64,000 nucleotides of DNA from Octopus sinensis (taxonomy: Eukaryota). The translations under genes and the position numbers were made by a program. The stretch lies in assembly GCF_006345805.1 (NCBI RefSeq), contig NC_043021.1:13082001-13146000 (forward strand). Direction: 5' to 3'. The notes under the pieces were generated by a model that saw only the letters and a program-made list of their open reading frames with translations, ran no database searches and had not been told where the DNA came from. Within the stretch, counting starts at the first letter, position 1; each line of letters starts with the position of its first letter. Positions 1-12,699 of the stretch are shown here, one piece after another.

Positions 1-667
1 TTCTTAACCACACAGCCATGCTTGCACACACAAATGTGTGTATGTGTGTGTGTGTTACTTGTTTCAGTCAATTGATTGCAGCCATGCTGGGGCACTGCCT
101 TGAAAATAAAATATGGACCACTTCACAAATTCGCATGTCATAGTATATAAGATAGACTGCCACAGTTTCTGTCTCACCCACAGTTTCTCTGTTCCACAAT
201 ATCCCTCACAGTTCCTGTTATGTGGGCCAAATTTAAGTTAAGTTGTTGAATTGTGAAGCTAAACAGTTTAAGAAATACTCCTAATTTAAATGCTTATGAA
301 CAGAATTAAACTAGTAAAATCATAAATCCAGCTATACGAGTCAATGAGTCCCTGAAGCTTGGCAATACTGAGTTGATGAGTCACTGATGCTTTGTTAGTA
401 CTGTGCTTTAAGTGTAGGTGTGCGGTTGTGTACTAAGTTCACATATTCCATTCATCTTCATAATGCTAAGTAAGTGTATAAACATCGCAAACAACTTTTG
501 CTATATATGAAAAATATGTAAAATATTAAGACAATTGATGAAAAATATTTATAATGGAATTCTAATTGACAAATATAATTTTTTATTGAAACAAAACACA
601 CAGGTGAAGTAAATCACGTGGTGTGAGGAATCAACACAAAATGTGTGGGCAAAGTGAAACAACACAA

Positions 668-874
668 CGTGCGGTTGTCATGGTAACATGCTGTTAATGC
701 CTCACTGTCTGTTGATTGGTTAAAATTACCCAAATTTCCCAACTTTAATTCCAAATAACATCAAATTCTTTAATTTACGAGATAAAGTAATTAGTTGATC
801 GTGATCAAAATTCAGAGTTGCATCGATGCACCAAAACTGAGAGCAATCTGAGCAAAATTAAAGGGGACTAATTT
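668..874 (+). repeat. Interspersed repeat (family E), copy 1
   Basis: Aligns as the reverse complement of 7535-7744 over about 205 bp. Confidence 0.85.
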
Positions 875-1037
875 TGTGAATCAGTTTAACCAGATCCGAA
901 ATTATACAAGTAGTTAGCAGCATGTTAGTCAGGTCAGCAAGATTACTTTTTCAGGGGTTTGCTATATAGTTGCACACAGTGGAATATTTTGATGGTTTAA
1001 ATATTTACTGTTAACTTGAAAGATTTAACCATTTATC

Positions 1038-1400
1038 CTTTACCTGTTTCAGTCATTTGAACAAGGCCATGCTGGGGCACTACTGCCTTGAAGAATTTTT
1101 AGCCAAATGAATCAACTCAAGTATTTGTTTAAATTTTTTAAGCCTGGTACTTATTCTATCGGTCTCTTAACTGCTAAGTTACAGGAACGGAAACACACCA
1201 GCACTGGTTGTCAAGCAGTGGTGGGGAACACAAACACTACAGGCTTCTTTCAATTCTTGTCTACCAAATCCACTCACAAGGCTTTGGTCAGCCTGAGGCT
1301 ATATAGTAGAAGTCACTTGCTCAAGTTGCCATGCAGTGGGACTGAACCCGAAACCATGTGGTTGGGAAGCAAGCATTTTACCACACAGCAACGCCTGTGC
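1038..1400 (-). mobile_element. tRNA-derived SINE family 1, diverged copy
   Basis: Same body as 21993-22376 (CAGTCATTTGA..GGCCATGCTGG, TACTTATTCTATCGGTCTC, CCAAATCCACTCACAAGGC, GGGACTGAACCCGAAACCATGTGG). Confidence 0.9.
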
Positions 1401-1578
1401 CTGTATTTTTGAACATGTATGATTTATACATGTTTTCAAGCAATTTGAATTTCTTTGCAACAAACCAACCACTTAAACTCATTAAATATTTGATTAATTC
1501 ATATAAAATCATTTCATATATTTAGAACAATAAGACTCAATTAGATCATAATCAGTAGATTGACAGTTACAATTTTAA

Positions 1579-1890
1579 CCTTCTAGCATTTAAACTGGCC
1601 ATACCCAGCCCAAATATTCTACCCATTTTATGATCACCATTGGCCAGAACCTGCTTTCCACTCAACAATGTCATTCTAAAAACTGAAAAAAAAACCCATC
1701 AAAATCTCTAAGCTACAAGAATCTTGTAGCTTAGAGATTTTGAATCTTGTAGCTTAGAGATTTTGAATCTTGTAGCTTAGAGATTTTGATGGGGTTTTTT
1801 TGATAATTTTTTTTTTGATAAATGCTTGATAAATTCAAAATGTGAATAAATAAGCATTACATTTGACAGAGGAATCTGAACGCAAAAGGG
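1579..1890 (+). mobile_element. TTAA-flanked piggyBac-like MITE family B with internal fold-back rearrangement
   Basis: TTAA-CC(T)TCTAGCATT at 1575 to AAAAGGG-TTAA at 1891; body homologous to 18187-18407. Confidence 0.85.
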
Positions 1891-1894
1891 TTAA

Positions 1895-2115
1895 CCCTTT
1901 CGTTACTGTATTTATTTTGAGATACTCTGTGTTTCTTTCAATTACTTGAAATATAACAAAAAATTTACTAAAATGACATAGTTATCATTCAGCTAGTGAT
2001 AGGAACATAAATTGTGACTAAGGTTTGGTGGAAGATGTTGATTCAAAATTTATGAAAACAAGACATTTATTCTAAAGAGCCAGAGCCGATTTCAGCCGGG
2101 TTGGTAACGAAAGGG
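1895..2115 (+). mobile_element. TTAA-flanked piggyBac-like MITE family A
   Basis: TIRs CCCTTTCGTTAC / GTAACGAAAGGG, with TTAA at 1891-1894 and 2116-2119. TTAA target duplication with CCC..GGG ends is the piggyBac signature. Confidence 0.92.
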
Positions 2116-2592
2116 TTAATAAATTAAAGATCATACAGAAATACAACTTTATGTGCAGACTTTCTACAAGTATGGAGAGAGTAGAAAAAAGCCAACCGGA
2201 TGTAAGACGATCTCATTTTACAGAACATTTAGTGCTTTATTTATAACCTAATTTAATAAATGTTTAAATAAACTAAGTATTCCAAGATTGCTTATATGAT
2301 ACGTGTCTGTGTGGGCGGACAAAATTTGACTGGATGCTTTCTTGTAAATATACATGGATTGATAGAATGCTAGCGAGAGTTCAAACCATATTTGGGTTAG
2401 CTGTTTTTCAATTTTTTTAAATAATACTGATATCAATCTAAATATGTACTCTTCCTACAAAACTGTGTCATGGCCATTAGCGAAAACCGCAGTGACCGAG
2501 CGGATTGTTAACATTTGACAAGCTAACTTAGGGTTCAACAAATTTCAGTGACCCGCATAAGGTAAATTTCTAAACTAGCATTAATTGATAAT

Positions 2593-2970
2593 CACAGGCA
2601 AGGCTGTGGTAAGACGTTTGCTTCCCAACTACATGGTTCTGGATTCAGTCCCACTGTGTGGCACCTTGGGCAAGAGTCTTCTATAATCTCAGCCAACCAA
2701 AGGACTTGTGAGTAAATTTGGTAGATGGAAACTGAAAAAGGACTGTTGAACATACGTGTGTATATGTGTGCCTCCCCACCCATGTCCTCCCACTGCCTGA
2801 CAACTGGTGTTGGTGTGTTTACATCCCTGTAACTTAGCAGTTCAGCAAAAGAGTCCAATAGAATAAGTACTAGGTTTAGAAAGAATACAAGTACCGGGGT
2901 TGATTAGTTTGACTAAAATTTCTCAACGCATGCCTGACATGGCCACAGTCTAATGACTGAAAAACGATAA
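2593..2970 (+). mobile_element. tRNA-derived SINE family 1, diverged copy
   Basis: Head GGCTGTGGTAAG..GGATTCAGTCCC (A/B-box-like), body and 3' end GGCCACAGTCTAATGACTGAAA. Confidence 0.9.
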
Positions 2971-3547
2971 AAAATAAATAATAAAATTTGACTTGAAAAC
3001 AATAATTCCTCGATTCTTTTCTGCTGTTATGACTTAAGAAATATGTAAAGTAATTTAATGAAAATACTTAGTGAAATTGATAAAGAACAAAAAACCAGTC
3101 CTGTGGAATATTGCTGGAAATATATGACTAATTCCATTCACTAACAATTCAGCACCTTCAATCCTTAAAATCATTTCAGGCGTTCATTGATCCCTTTGAT
3201 ATCTATATAGACCCCCAGGGAAGCAATACTAATTACTTTGCCGACCCCTGTTCTAGCTCAATTGTATAATATGTATCCTGCTGCGAGCATCACACACATT
3301 AGATCTACAATCCTGAAAATAGTTTCAGAACCCTTTTTCTTTTTACAGTTTAATCAGGAGAAAGAAAGGTAGTGTACATGACCCTTTCCAGGACATACAG
3401 GACTACTAGGAGAAAGTTATCCCTGATGCCTAGCTCAACCACTTGCAATAATGTGAACTCCATTGAAAACCTTTAAGCACGGTGGTGGTGATGGTGAGGT
3501 TAAACCAAACAATGACTAAATTTACAAGGAAAAAAAAATGATATACA

Positions 3548-3716
3548 AGAAAAGTTCCTGGGTTGGGTAAAAGAAAATCTAGGATCAGTTAATTATTTTA
3601 TTCAACATACTTCTCTCTCAGATTCACATGTTTATTGTGGCGGTCCTTCAGTTTTTCTAAGCCCTGTAAAAGAACTTGGAAGTTTGGGCCTTTGACCTTA
3701 AAGACAGGAACTTTTC
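3548..3716 (-). mobile_element. Mariner-derived MITE, copy 1
   Basis: AAAAGTTCCTGG / CAGGAACTTTT inverted ends. The minus strand encodes LLQGLEKLKDRHNKHVNLREKYVE*, resembling the mariner transposase C-terminal GI..L..RW.KC...G.YVE motif. Confidence 0.7.
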
Positions 3717-3750
3717 ATATGTATGTACTATATATATATATATATATAAG

Positions 3751-3955
3751 GGGGTGCTGAAAAGCTCCTAGCTTTAAGTAAAAGAAAATATAGGAGGGTC
3801 AGTAATTATGATTTTATTCAATATATTCCCCTCAGATTCACACAATTATTGCAGTGGTCCTTCAGGCTTTTGAAACCATTTAAATATCATGGGAGGTTGG
3901 GCCTCCAGCCAGGCCTTTCATGGTGCCCTTAAAGCTAGGAACTTTTCAGCACCCC
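3751..3955 (-). mobile_element. Mariner-derived MITE, copy 2
   Basis: 28-bp TIRs GGGGTGCTGAAAAGCTCCTAGCTTTAAG (3751-3778) / CTTAAAGCTAGGAACTTTTCAGCACCCC (3928-3955); internal sequence homologous to copy 1; adjacent to a (TA)n run. Confidence 0.8.
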
Positions 3956-5088
3956 ATTGGTATGCTGTAGGATGGAGTGGAAAACGGGGCCAATAGGATG
4001 TCAGACACATGATGTCCACCTACAATAAGCTGAGAGAGTAGTAAGTCTGTAAAAGAATCAGGTGACGTTTGCATGAGAGATTACTATGCTAGCATAACAC
4101 ATGTGATGTGATAAATGGACAAGGAGTGCAGAGTACAACAGTAAGAAAAAAAATTGTGTTAGTGGCATCTTTGAGTAAGATGCGAGAAGGGGTGTGATGA
4201 AACTTGTGATGTTGAGCCTTGAAGATGACAGACAAATCAATGGTAAAATTCCATATGACAGCCTAACCCATGTAGCAATGGAAGTAAAATGGCTTTTCAA
4301 ATAATGATAATGTTGAATGCAAAAGAGTACATTCTTCATAAGCTTTCAGCTTTGATTAGCTACATTTCAATAATCTATAATAACAAACACAAAATTCTGT
4401 CTGTCCGGGACCCTTGTAATCTCAGTCTACATTTGCTCTACATAGACATACATCTTTTGGGAATCAGGATGCCCTTTATTTGGTTCTTGACCATCCAGCA
4501 TTGGAATCAAGTCTGGATGAGGATTCGTTATAAGCTAACAGTTGAAAATTCAGATTTTAAAGGTAATCTCAAAGTTTGTGAACTTACAAGATTTTCATTT
4601 AAACTGAATTTAAAGTAATATATTATTGGTAAGGTACCAATAAATGCTTTATTATTATTGCTTTCTTTAGGTTTGGGGTCATAGGCCCAATTAGTCCTCC
4701 ACAGGAGCTAGCTTAAAAGTCCACACAGAGTGCAGCTTTTAAGCCAATAAATAATAATATTCAGAGACAGCAAAAGTCAGAACAACATATTCATTCTTAA
4801 TATAATCCTGCAAATTTGAACATGAATATTTTAAACAAGAGCCAAAAAGTTTTGTTAGAATTAATTAGTCTGAGGTAGCTTTGACCGAGGAGACATGACA
4901 AGGTTGAAACAGCAGGTCTCCCAAAATTCCCCAACCCTAATGAACCAAGTGTGTTCCTTAAATCCTTAAAAATGTTTTAGTCCGAAGGCTGCGGCCATGC
5001 TGGGGCACCACCGCTGAAAAAGAAACCTGTGCATCGGCCGTTATGAGCAATTTTAAACACTATTCATGAGAAAGTGAAATAGAAGTCA

Positions 5089-5222
<134 letters not shown>

Positions 5223-5867
5223 CTGCAAAAGAAAAAAAAACAATATTGTAAGGATAAGATTAATGAAAAAAAAAAAAGAAAAATATTTGTGAAAATCATA
5301 CATCACATTATGTTACATAAAAGCAATTCATTCGTCACTACTTCAGATTGTTCACATACAGAAGTCAAATGAAACATGCCAAAGTCAATCAAAACTAAAG
5401 ACAGTACCTATACAGATTTTAAATTAGAGAGGGGGGGGAGTAAAATAGGTCTAGCACTCCATTTCTGTTATTCCACAGTCCCTTCCCTCATTTCTGAAGT
5501 AGAAGATGAAAGCCCTTAAATTTTGGAGGAGAATGAATTTGTAAGGGTGCACAGTATTTAAATGAGATTTTTTTCGAGATGCAAAGTTAACCTTTGGTAA
5601 GTTATAAATCAGAATTTAAAGAGACATTACTAAATACGGTTTGTCCTTCCAGTTTCATAACCAGTATTGGTTTATTTACATCCCCATAACTTCGCAATTT
5701 GGCACACAAAATAAGTACCAAACTTAAGTACTGGGATTGATTTGCACGACAAAACCTTTTGAGGAGGTGCTCCAGAATGGGGCTGTCCAACATAAGTAAG
5801 ATCCAAGAATAAAAGAATGCTAGCACTTTTGATACCAACCAGTCTAACACTGCCTAAGTTTTAAAAT

Positions 5868-6238
5868 GACTCTTTTACTTGTTTCAGTCATTTGACTGCG
5901 GCCATGCTGGAGCACCGCCTCTAGTTGAGCAAATCGACCCCGGGACTTATTCTTTGTAAGCCCAGTACTTATTCTATCGGTCTCTTTTACCGAACCGCTA
6001 AGTGATGGGGACGTAAACACACCAGCATCGGTTGTCAAGCAATGTTAGGGGGACAAACACAGACACACAAACATATACACACACACACACATATATATAT
6101 ATACATATATACGACAGGCTTCTTTCAGTTTCCGTCTACCAAATCCACTCACAAGGCATTGGTCAGCCCCGGGCTATAGCAGAAGACACTTGCCCAAGAT
6201 GCCACGCAGTGGGACTGAACCCGGAACCATGTGGTTGG
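5868..6238 (-). mobile_element. tRNA-derived SINE family 1, young copy, head truncated
   Basis: Near-identical to 21993-22376 including CpGs (GACTGCGGCCATGCTGGAGCACCGCC, CGAACCGCTAAG). Confidence 0.95.
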
Positions 6239-6295
6239 TTATTAAAATCCTTTCATCAAAATTTCACTTAAATTTCAAAAACTTAGGTTTTCATA

Positions 6296-6618
6296 GGCAT
6301 GTCTGTGTTGTAAGAAGCTTGCTTCCCACCCACATGGTTCCAGATTCAGTACCACTGCATGGTACCCTTGGGCAAGTGTCTTCTACCATAACCTGGTGAG
6401 TAGATTTGGTAGACAGAAACTGAAAGAAGCCAGACATATATACCTGTATTGCTGGTGTGTTTATGTCTTTGTAACTTAGTGGTTTACCAAAAGAGACCAA
6501 TAGAATAAGTACCATACCAAGCATTAAAAAAAGTACTAGAGTCAATCCATTCGACTAAAGAAATTCAAGGTGGTGCTCCAGCATGACCACAGTCTAATAG
6601 CCAACACATGTAAAAGAT
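6296..6618 (+). mobile_element. tRNA-derived SINE family 1, diverged copy, inverted relative to 5868-6238
   Basis: CACATGGTTCCAGATTCAGTACCACTGC..CTTGGGCAAGTGTCTTCTA..GGTAGACAGAAACTGAAAGAAGCC..GGTGGTGCTCCAGCATG. Confidence 0.9.
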
Positions 6619-7534
6619 ATTTTCTTCATTAACCGAAGTAAGGCAGTGCATTTCAACAGAAATGTAACAACAAAAGTATTAATGTAAATTCAGAATTTGC
6701 AGAACTATCCAACCCAATTCAGCAGAGATGGGGGAAGGGACAGCTCCAACAAAGATGGAGTTGATGGAAGTAGAGGTGAGGGGGTTGGGAACCAAGTGAA
6801 CAAGTAATTATAGGTCAATTGGTATTGTAGTTTAAAAATGAGAGAAAAGGTTAACATATGTGTTTCCCCTTTGTCTGTGTGTGTGTCAACCACTCTGCAG
6901 CTACCTTTTGACCTTTCAGTGAGTAAAAGACGAAATTTTGGTTAGCATCAATTTACAATCTACAATTTTAGTTTAGCTGAAGAGCATGACCCAGTAATCT
7001 GTTCCATGAATGTCATTTTAAATTTAACATTTTAATACATTTATCTCTTTTTTTTTTTTTTAAATGTATTTCATTTAACTTCACCACAATCACCATTACA
7101 TCCAGACCTGACATGGTACGATTTGTTTTGTCTCAATACTGACTACATTTCCACATAGATGGGTAGTGGGGAGGGGAGAAGGATGGTCAGTAAATTAGTT
7201 GTGAGGAGGACGAGGCATCATGTGATGTGATAAAACAACCAGATTAGAACATTTCATAGACATTTTAGAATATGACTAAATCTATTTATACACTTCCAGT
7301 CATAGATATAAAAGGCAAGTGAGAGAGAAAGAGTGGAAGAAGTAAAGAGAGTGCATGTATACCAGGATGTTTGCAGTCTATACCAAATTTTGTGTGTGTG
7401 TGTGTGTGTACCCAACCACCTCCTGATAACCGATGAAGCTATGTGTATATCTCCATAATAAAGCAGTTTGGCAAAAGGGAGCGATAGAATAAGTGCTAGG
7501 TTTAAAAAATATGGGATCTAGTCTTTCTCATTTG

Positions 7535-7744
7535 CAAATTGAGCCCCCTTTAATTTTGCTCAGATTACTTTCAGTTTTGGTGTATCAATGCAACTCTGAA
7601 TTTTGATCACGATCAAACCAATTACTTTATCTTGTAAATTAAAGAATCTGATGTTATTTGGAATTAAAGTAAGGAAATTTTGGTAATTTTAGCCAATCAA
7701 CAGACAGTGAGGCATTAACAGCTTGTTACCATGACAACTGCACG
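7535..7744 (-). repeat. Interspersed repeat (family E), copy 2, inverted relative to copy 1
   Basis: Reverse complement of 668-874 (e.g. GTTACCATGACAAC vs GTTGTCATGGTAAC; ATGCAACTCTGAATTTTGATCACGATCAA vs TTGATCGTGATCAAAATTCAGAGTTGCAT). Confidence 0.85.
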
Positions 7745-8607
7745 TATGTAGGTGTGAGAGGCCAAATCCAGTCATTTTGAACACAAAACAGGTAAAATAT
7801 TTAGGCTGGATAGGCTGGTTTAAATAACAAAAGAATATTATCTAATATAGACCTAGATAACCCCAAAAAGACATGACAATCATTCAACGTCCCCTGTCCA
7901 TGTTGGCATGGGTAGGACAGTTTGACCAGGGCTGGCAAGCTGCACTAGACTCCAGTCTGATTTGTCATAGCTTTCTATGGCTGGATGCCTTTCCTAATGC
8001 CAACGACTCTAAGAGTGTAGTAGGTGCTTTTTACATGCCACCAACATGGGACCCAGTTAGGTAGTACTGGCCACGCTCGAATGGTGCATTTTATATGCCA
8101 CCAGCATGGGTGCCAGTCAGGTAACACTGGCATCAGCTATGCTCGAATTGTGCTTTTTACATGCCACAGGCACCATGATCAGGGTTTACCTGGAGCTAAA
8201 TCACAGGTGGCGGAGTCACAACAGGCATCTACTTACATGACCAACTTCAAACAATTTCTCACACTGACACAAAGATCAATAATAAACAAGAGCGGCTGAT
8301 TGAATGAGGTCTACTACCTGAGCAGTATATATATATTTAAAAAGCCTCTTGCAGGTGTGATAAGCAAAGTCAACTTGAAATTTGAACAATACATTAAAAG
8401 AACAAAACCACCATATAGCATTTCATCCGACTGGTGCACAACTGTTTCTTCTAGTCCAATCACTCCCTGACCCCCTTCAAAACATAAGTATCTTGTTTGT
8501 CATGGTATGTGTTCGAGTGTTACACTTCACAAGTTTAGCTACGGAACAAAATGACAGGCATAATCAACCACTTTGAAATAAAGAGCCAATGTTATGAAGA
8601 ACAAGAG

Positions 8608-8880
8608 TCATCATCATCATTTGATGTCCGTTTTCCATGCTGGCATGGGTTGGACGATTTGACAGGAGCTGACCAGTTGAAGGGCTGTTCAGACTCCATT
8701 TGTTTTGGCATCGGCTTTATGTGGCAGCAGCACTTATGGGCCTGTAAGATAAGGGATTTACAACTGGAGAGGGTTGCAGGGGACAAGCCTCTATGCAAGA
8801 GAGGCCACACTTTTACTTATCTCGACAGGTCTTTTCAAGTACAGCAAACTGCCAGGAGTCTTGGTCCTCTGTAGTCCCAG
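8608..8880 (-). mobile_element. RTE-clade LINE 3' fragment with (ATG)n tail
   Basis: (CAT)n followed by TTTGATGTCCGTTTTCCATGCTGGCATGGGTTGG. The minus strand ends an ORF with WQFAVLEKTCRDK*, homologous to the terminus at 46808. Confidence 0.75.
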
Positions 8881-8987
8881 GAGAGAAATAACATAAAATA
8901 AGGAATTTACACAGGTTCCACTAGTTGATAAATACTGAATTTAGAAATAGGGAAAACAAAAGATTAATTCCAGATACAAACATCAAT

Positions 8988-9430
8988 TTTATGTCTATTT
9001 TTCCATGTTGAAATGGTTTGGATGGGTCAACTCCTGTGTAGCACTCAATATCCTGAGATCAGCTTTTACCACTTTTGCTTATGTTTTCCTTTCCCATAGT
9101 TTGCTTCCAGTGATATTTCTTTTAACCCATCCATTATTCTCCATACAAATGTCTGTACCATTGTAGTCCTCGTTCTTCCGTGCTAGTTGACACCTCTTGT
9201 ACCTACTTTATCTCTCTCAGGTCATCCATACAACATTGTTCATGCAAACTAACATTACACATCCAGCAGTACATGCTGGCTTCATTTCTCCCCACCCATC
9301 ATATACAATCTACCTTTTGTACAGAAAGAGAGAATCCTCTTGTTGCCAACAGATATAATAGACTCTGAACTTTGTCCATCCTGTCCTGATTCTGGCTATT
9401 ATTCTTTCAAAGTACCTCTTCCACAGCAAA
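8988..9430 (-). mobile_element. Degenerate RTE-clade LINE fragment
   Basis: Minus strand gives ERIIARIRTGWTKFR, resembling the RTE post-RT 'RI..GW..(F/W)R' motif, followed by frameshifted remnants and a decayed 3' tail. Confidence 0.6.
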
Positions 9431-11960
9431 GATCTTGGAATACATCAATAAAATCTAATCCTTTTGTTATTGACCTGCTTGAAACTGCCTCTGATTGAAT
9501 GATACAGAAACCAACCAATTTAAAGTGTTCATATCAAAATTAATTTACTGAAGCTTGCTTCCTAACCAGATGGTCCCAGGTTCAGTCCCACTGCGTGGAA
9601 CCTTGGGCAAGTATCTCCTACTATAACCTTGGGCCAATCAAAGCCTTGAGTGAATTTGGTAGATAAAAACTGAAAGAAACCAGTCATGTATAAGTGTGTG
9701 TGTTTACGTCCCTGCAACTTAGGCAGTTTGGCAAAAGAAACCAATAAAATAAGTAAATTGAAACCACATAGTTAAGACAACTCAGAACTGAAATGACCAA
9801 CATCACACCATTCTTTTCGTATGCAATCCAGTGGGGATCACTGATCACTTTAATTTTTCATAGTGAACAAACTGGCCATATTGGACACTCGGCAAAGAGT
9901 AGGGATTGTATGGGGTGAAATGACCAGGAGGTGGACGTGCTACTGCAACAGTGACTTTCTAGCTGTGTCCAGTTCTACTTGCTCTCCTACAAGCAGTTTG
10001 AGCAACATTACTAATTTTCTCTTTAGACATTTAGCTAGGCTTGTAAAAGAGAAAGTTCATGTTGCTGGTGACAGGATTTGAAACCAGGGCCTTTGACTCA
10101 GTAAAATTAGCATGTTACCATAATTGCAACATCACAATTTATCTTACATTTTATTCCATTTATTTTTTTATTGTGAGTAACACTTAGACTTTGGTCACTA
10201 ATAATACATTAAAACAGAGAGAGATTTTAAGCATTTCTCTTTGGCCATCGTTTTTTCAGTATCACAACTCTGTATTCTATTAAAATATTTCTAAGCATGG
10301 CCATTCATAAAGAATTAACTGCTAAAGTTTCAATGTAAAATGTTATTAGATATTATAGTACCAATTTAACATAGTGGGGAAAAACCCACTCACTCACAAG
10401 CTCTGAACCACAAGCCTATCATTTGTCAGGCAATAAAATATGTGTGGAGTGTGGATAAAGTGGTGCAGTTAGAATACTAAAACACAGTACCTAGTCTGTG
10501 AAAAATGGGGACCAGTGTAAACAGGTAATAGAGACACCTGGAATGAGATATATGGCTAAGTTCCTTTCTGTAAACTTGTTATTTTTTTCTTTTGTCTGAA
10601 ATTGGTGATTATAATGTATTGCCAAAACCCAATTCATCCAGGAACTCACAACTTGAGCACCCACAACAGAAAGGATTTGAAACCCTATAAGATAACTTGT
10701 CCTTAGACTAAGAAACTTTCCACTGATTACAAATAAGAAAAATCTTTCAATTTAAGGTCATGAAAAATAGGAAAAATACACCCACAAGAATTCATTAAAT
10801 TAATGCCAGCTAAATTCGAAAGATCACATCTATTATATATTAAACACTTCATTTATCAAACAAATAGGATTTCCTTTCTCTCCTGCAATTCCTTCAGGGA
10901 GAGCCCCAAGTAAAACTCAAAATGTCACATATAGAATTTTTTATTTTGAGTCGCTGGACTGCAGCCATGCTGGGTTACCAGTCCCAACAGTTTTTAATCT
11001 AGTTATTTCAATTGGCTATTTATTTCATTGATCTATATTTTACTGAGTGACCGTTACCATTTTGAAATAATTACCAGTATCTTAATCAGTAGCATTCTAT
11101 CAAAAACGAATACACATACCACAGGCTGCTACACAGTGAGTTCAAACCACATGATTGTGATGAAAAATTAGCATAGCCATGCTTATATCTGCATGCACAG
11201 ACAGACAGTGTGCATGCATGTGTGCGCATACTCATTTGTATATAATTTACATTTATACATAATGCATAGTTTTTTTGTTTTTTTTAAAGTATGAGATAGA
11301 AATAGTGATTAGTCAAATTTATTATAATTGCTATGTGAAATACATTGAAACATACATTCTCAAACAAAGCAATGTATTATATATACTAGTGTACCCTCTG
11401 TTAAGTCAACCAGTATGGAAGGATATAAAAGACAATGCAGAATGTAAACACTTCTGTTTTTATAAACTCATTCTACACTCACAGTTCATTATAAAAATTA
11501 CAGTATTTCAGAAACAGAAGTATTCATTTTTCTCAGTTTATGTTTACATATTGATAATGATAAGACCTATGTATTATCCTTACGGACTTTTATTTATTTA
11601 ATTTTCACATTTGAAAATTCAAGTAGTATTTTTCAATAATAGAAGCATTACATTCTGACTTGCTGCACTAAAGGTTGTCAGCAGTAAACCTGTCAGGATT
11701 TTGAGCAATGAAGGTTAACAGTATTTGTGCAGGACATCTAATATGTCACCATAATCAAAGAAATTTACTGATAATATATCAATCTTAACTGTTCATTACC
11801 TCAGATAGTTTGGACAATAGATACAATTTATTTCCATCATGCTATTCTGATATAGCAGCATTCTCAACTAAGGAAAAATGGGTAACATATAGTTCCCAAG
11901 TATGATACTTACCCCCAACACTTAAGGGTAAAAAACTGTATTATACATGAATATGGTACA

Positions 11961-11992
<32 letters not shown>

Positions 11993-12204
11993 TATGTATG
12001 TGTAGCTATATAAATTACATAACAGACTTCTCTCCAGACTACCAAGATTGATGAGAAGTTAACCTAAAATGGGAGACCTAGTCAGGATACACACAACAGT
12101 GTACTCCAAGGGTCAGGCAGATGTGTTAAGCCGGGTGCTGTTTTAAGTCTACTACATAAGAACAGAAATGGTCCCTCTGATGGATTTCTGCAGTTTCTAA
12201 CTTA

Positions 12205-12497
12205 ACTGGCATTCCGTTGGTTATGAAGGTTCCAGTTGATCTAGTCAATGAAACAACCTGTTTGTAGAATTACATGCAAGTGGCTGAGCACTCCACAGAC
12301 GTGTACCCTTAACGTAGTTTTCAGAGATATTCAGCGTGACACAGAATGTGACAAGGCTGGCCCTTTGTAAGACAAGTACTTCTCATTTTTGCCAGCTGAG
12401 TGAACCAGAGCGACATGAAATAAATCAAAGACAAAGTGCTACCAGGTATTGAACTCACAACCTTACAAGTGTGAGTCTAACAACTTAGCCACATGCC
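12205..12497 (-). mobile_element. tRNA-headed SINE family D
   Basis: Body (TTCCAGTTGATC..GTGGCTGAGCACTCCACAGAC..GTACCCTTAACGTAG) shared with 62042-62229; head with GGTTGTGAGTTCAATACC B-box-like motif. Confidence 0.75.
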
Positions 12498-12699
12498 TTA
12501 ATAAGTTCCTGACTTGTAGATATGAACATATACAATAGGCTTTTGCAGAGCTTCTGTGTAGCAAATTTTCCTCGTGAGTATTGGTGAACATGACGTTATG
12601 GTAGTAGAAAACATGCCCACGGTTATGAGCAGTGAGATTAAACCCGAAACCACATAGTTACTAAGTGACTGTCTTGACCATATAGCCATGCTAAATTAA

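Noticed and set aside
1107-1412. Family of similar ORFs (e.g. 1107, 6032, 22171, 24648, 62408) sharing PRSGTEPGTMWLV or CHAVGLNPEPC
   Set aside because: All are read-throughs of SINE family 1, not a paralogous gene family.
10658-10692. Small minus-strand AG..GTGAGT interval (about 35 nt); similar donor or acceptor-like sites near 27620 and 47815
   Set aside because: Weak or unpaired splice signals; such motifs are expected by chance in 55 kb, so they cannot be called UTR exons without RNA data.
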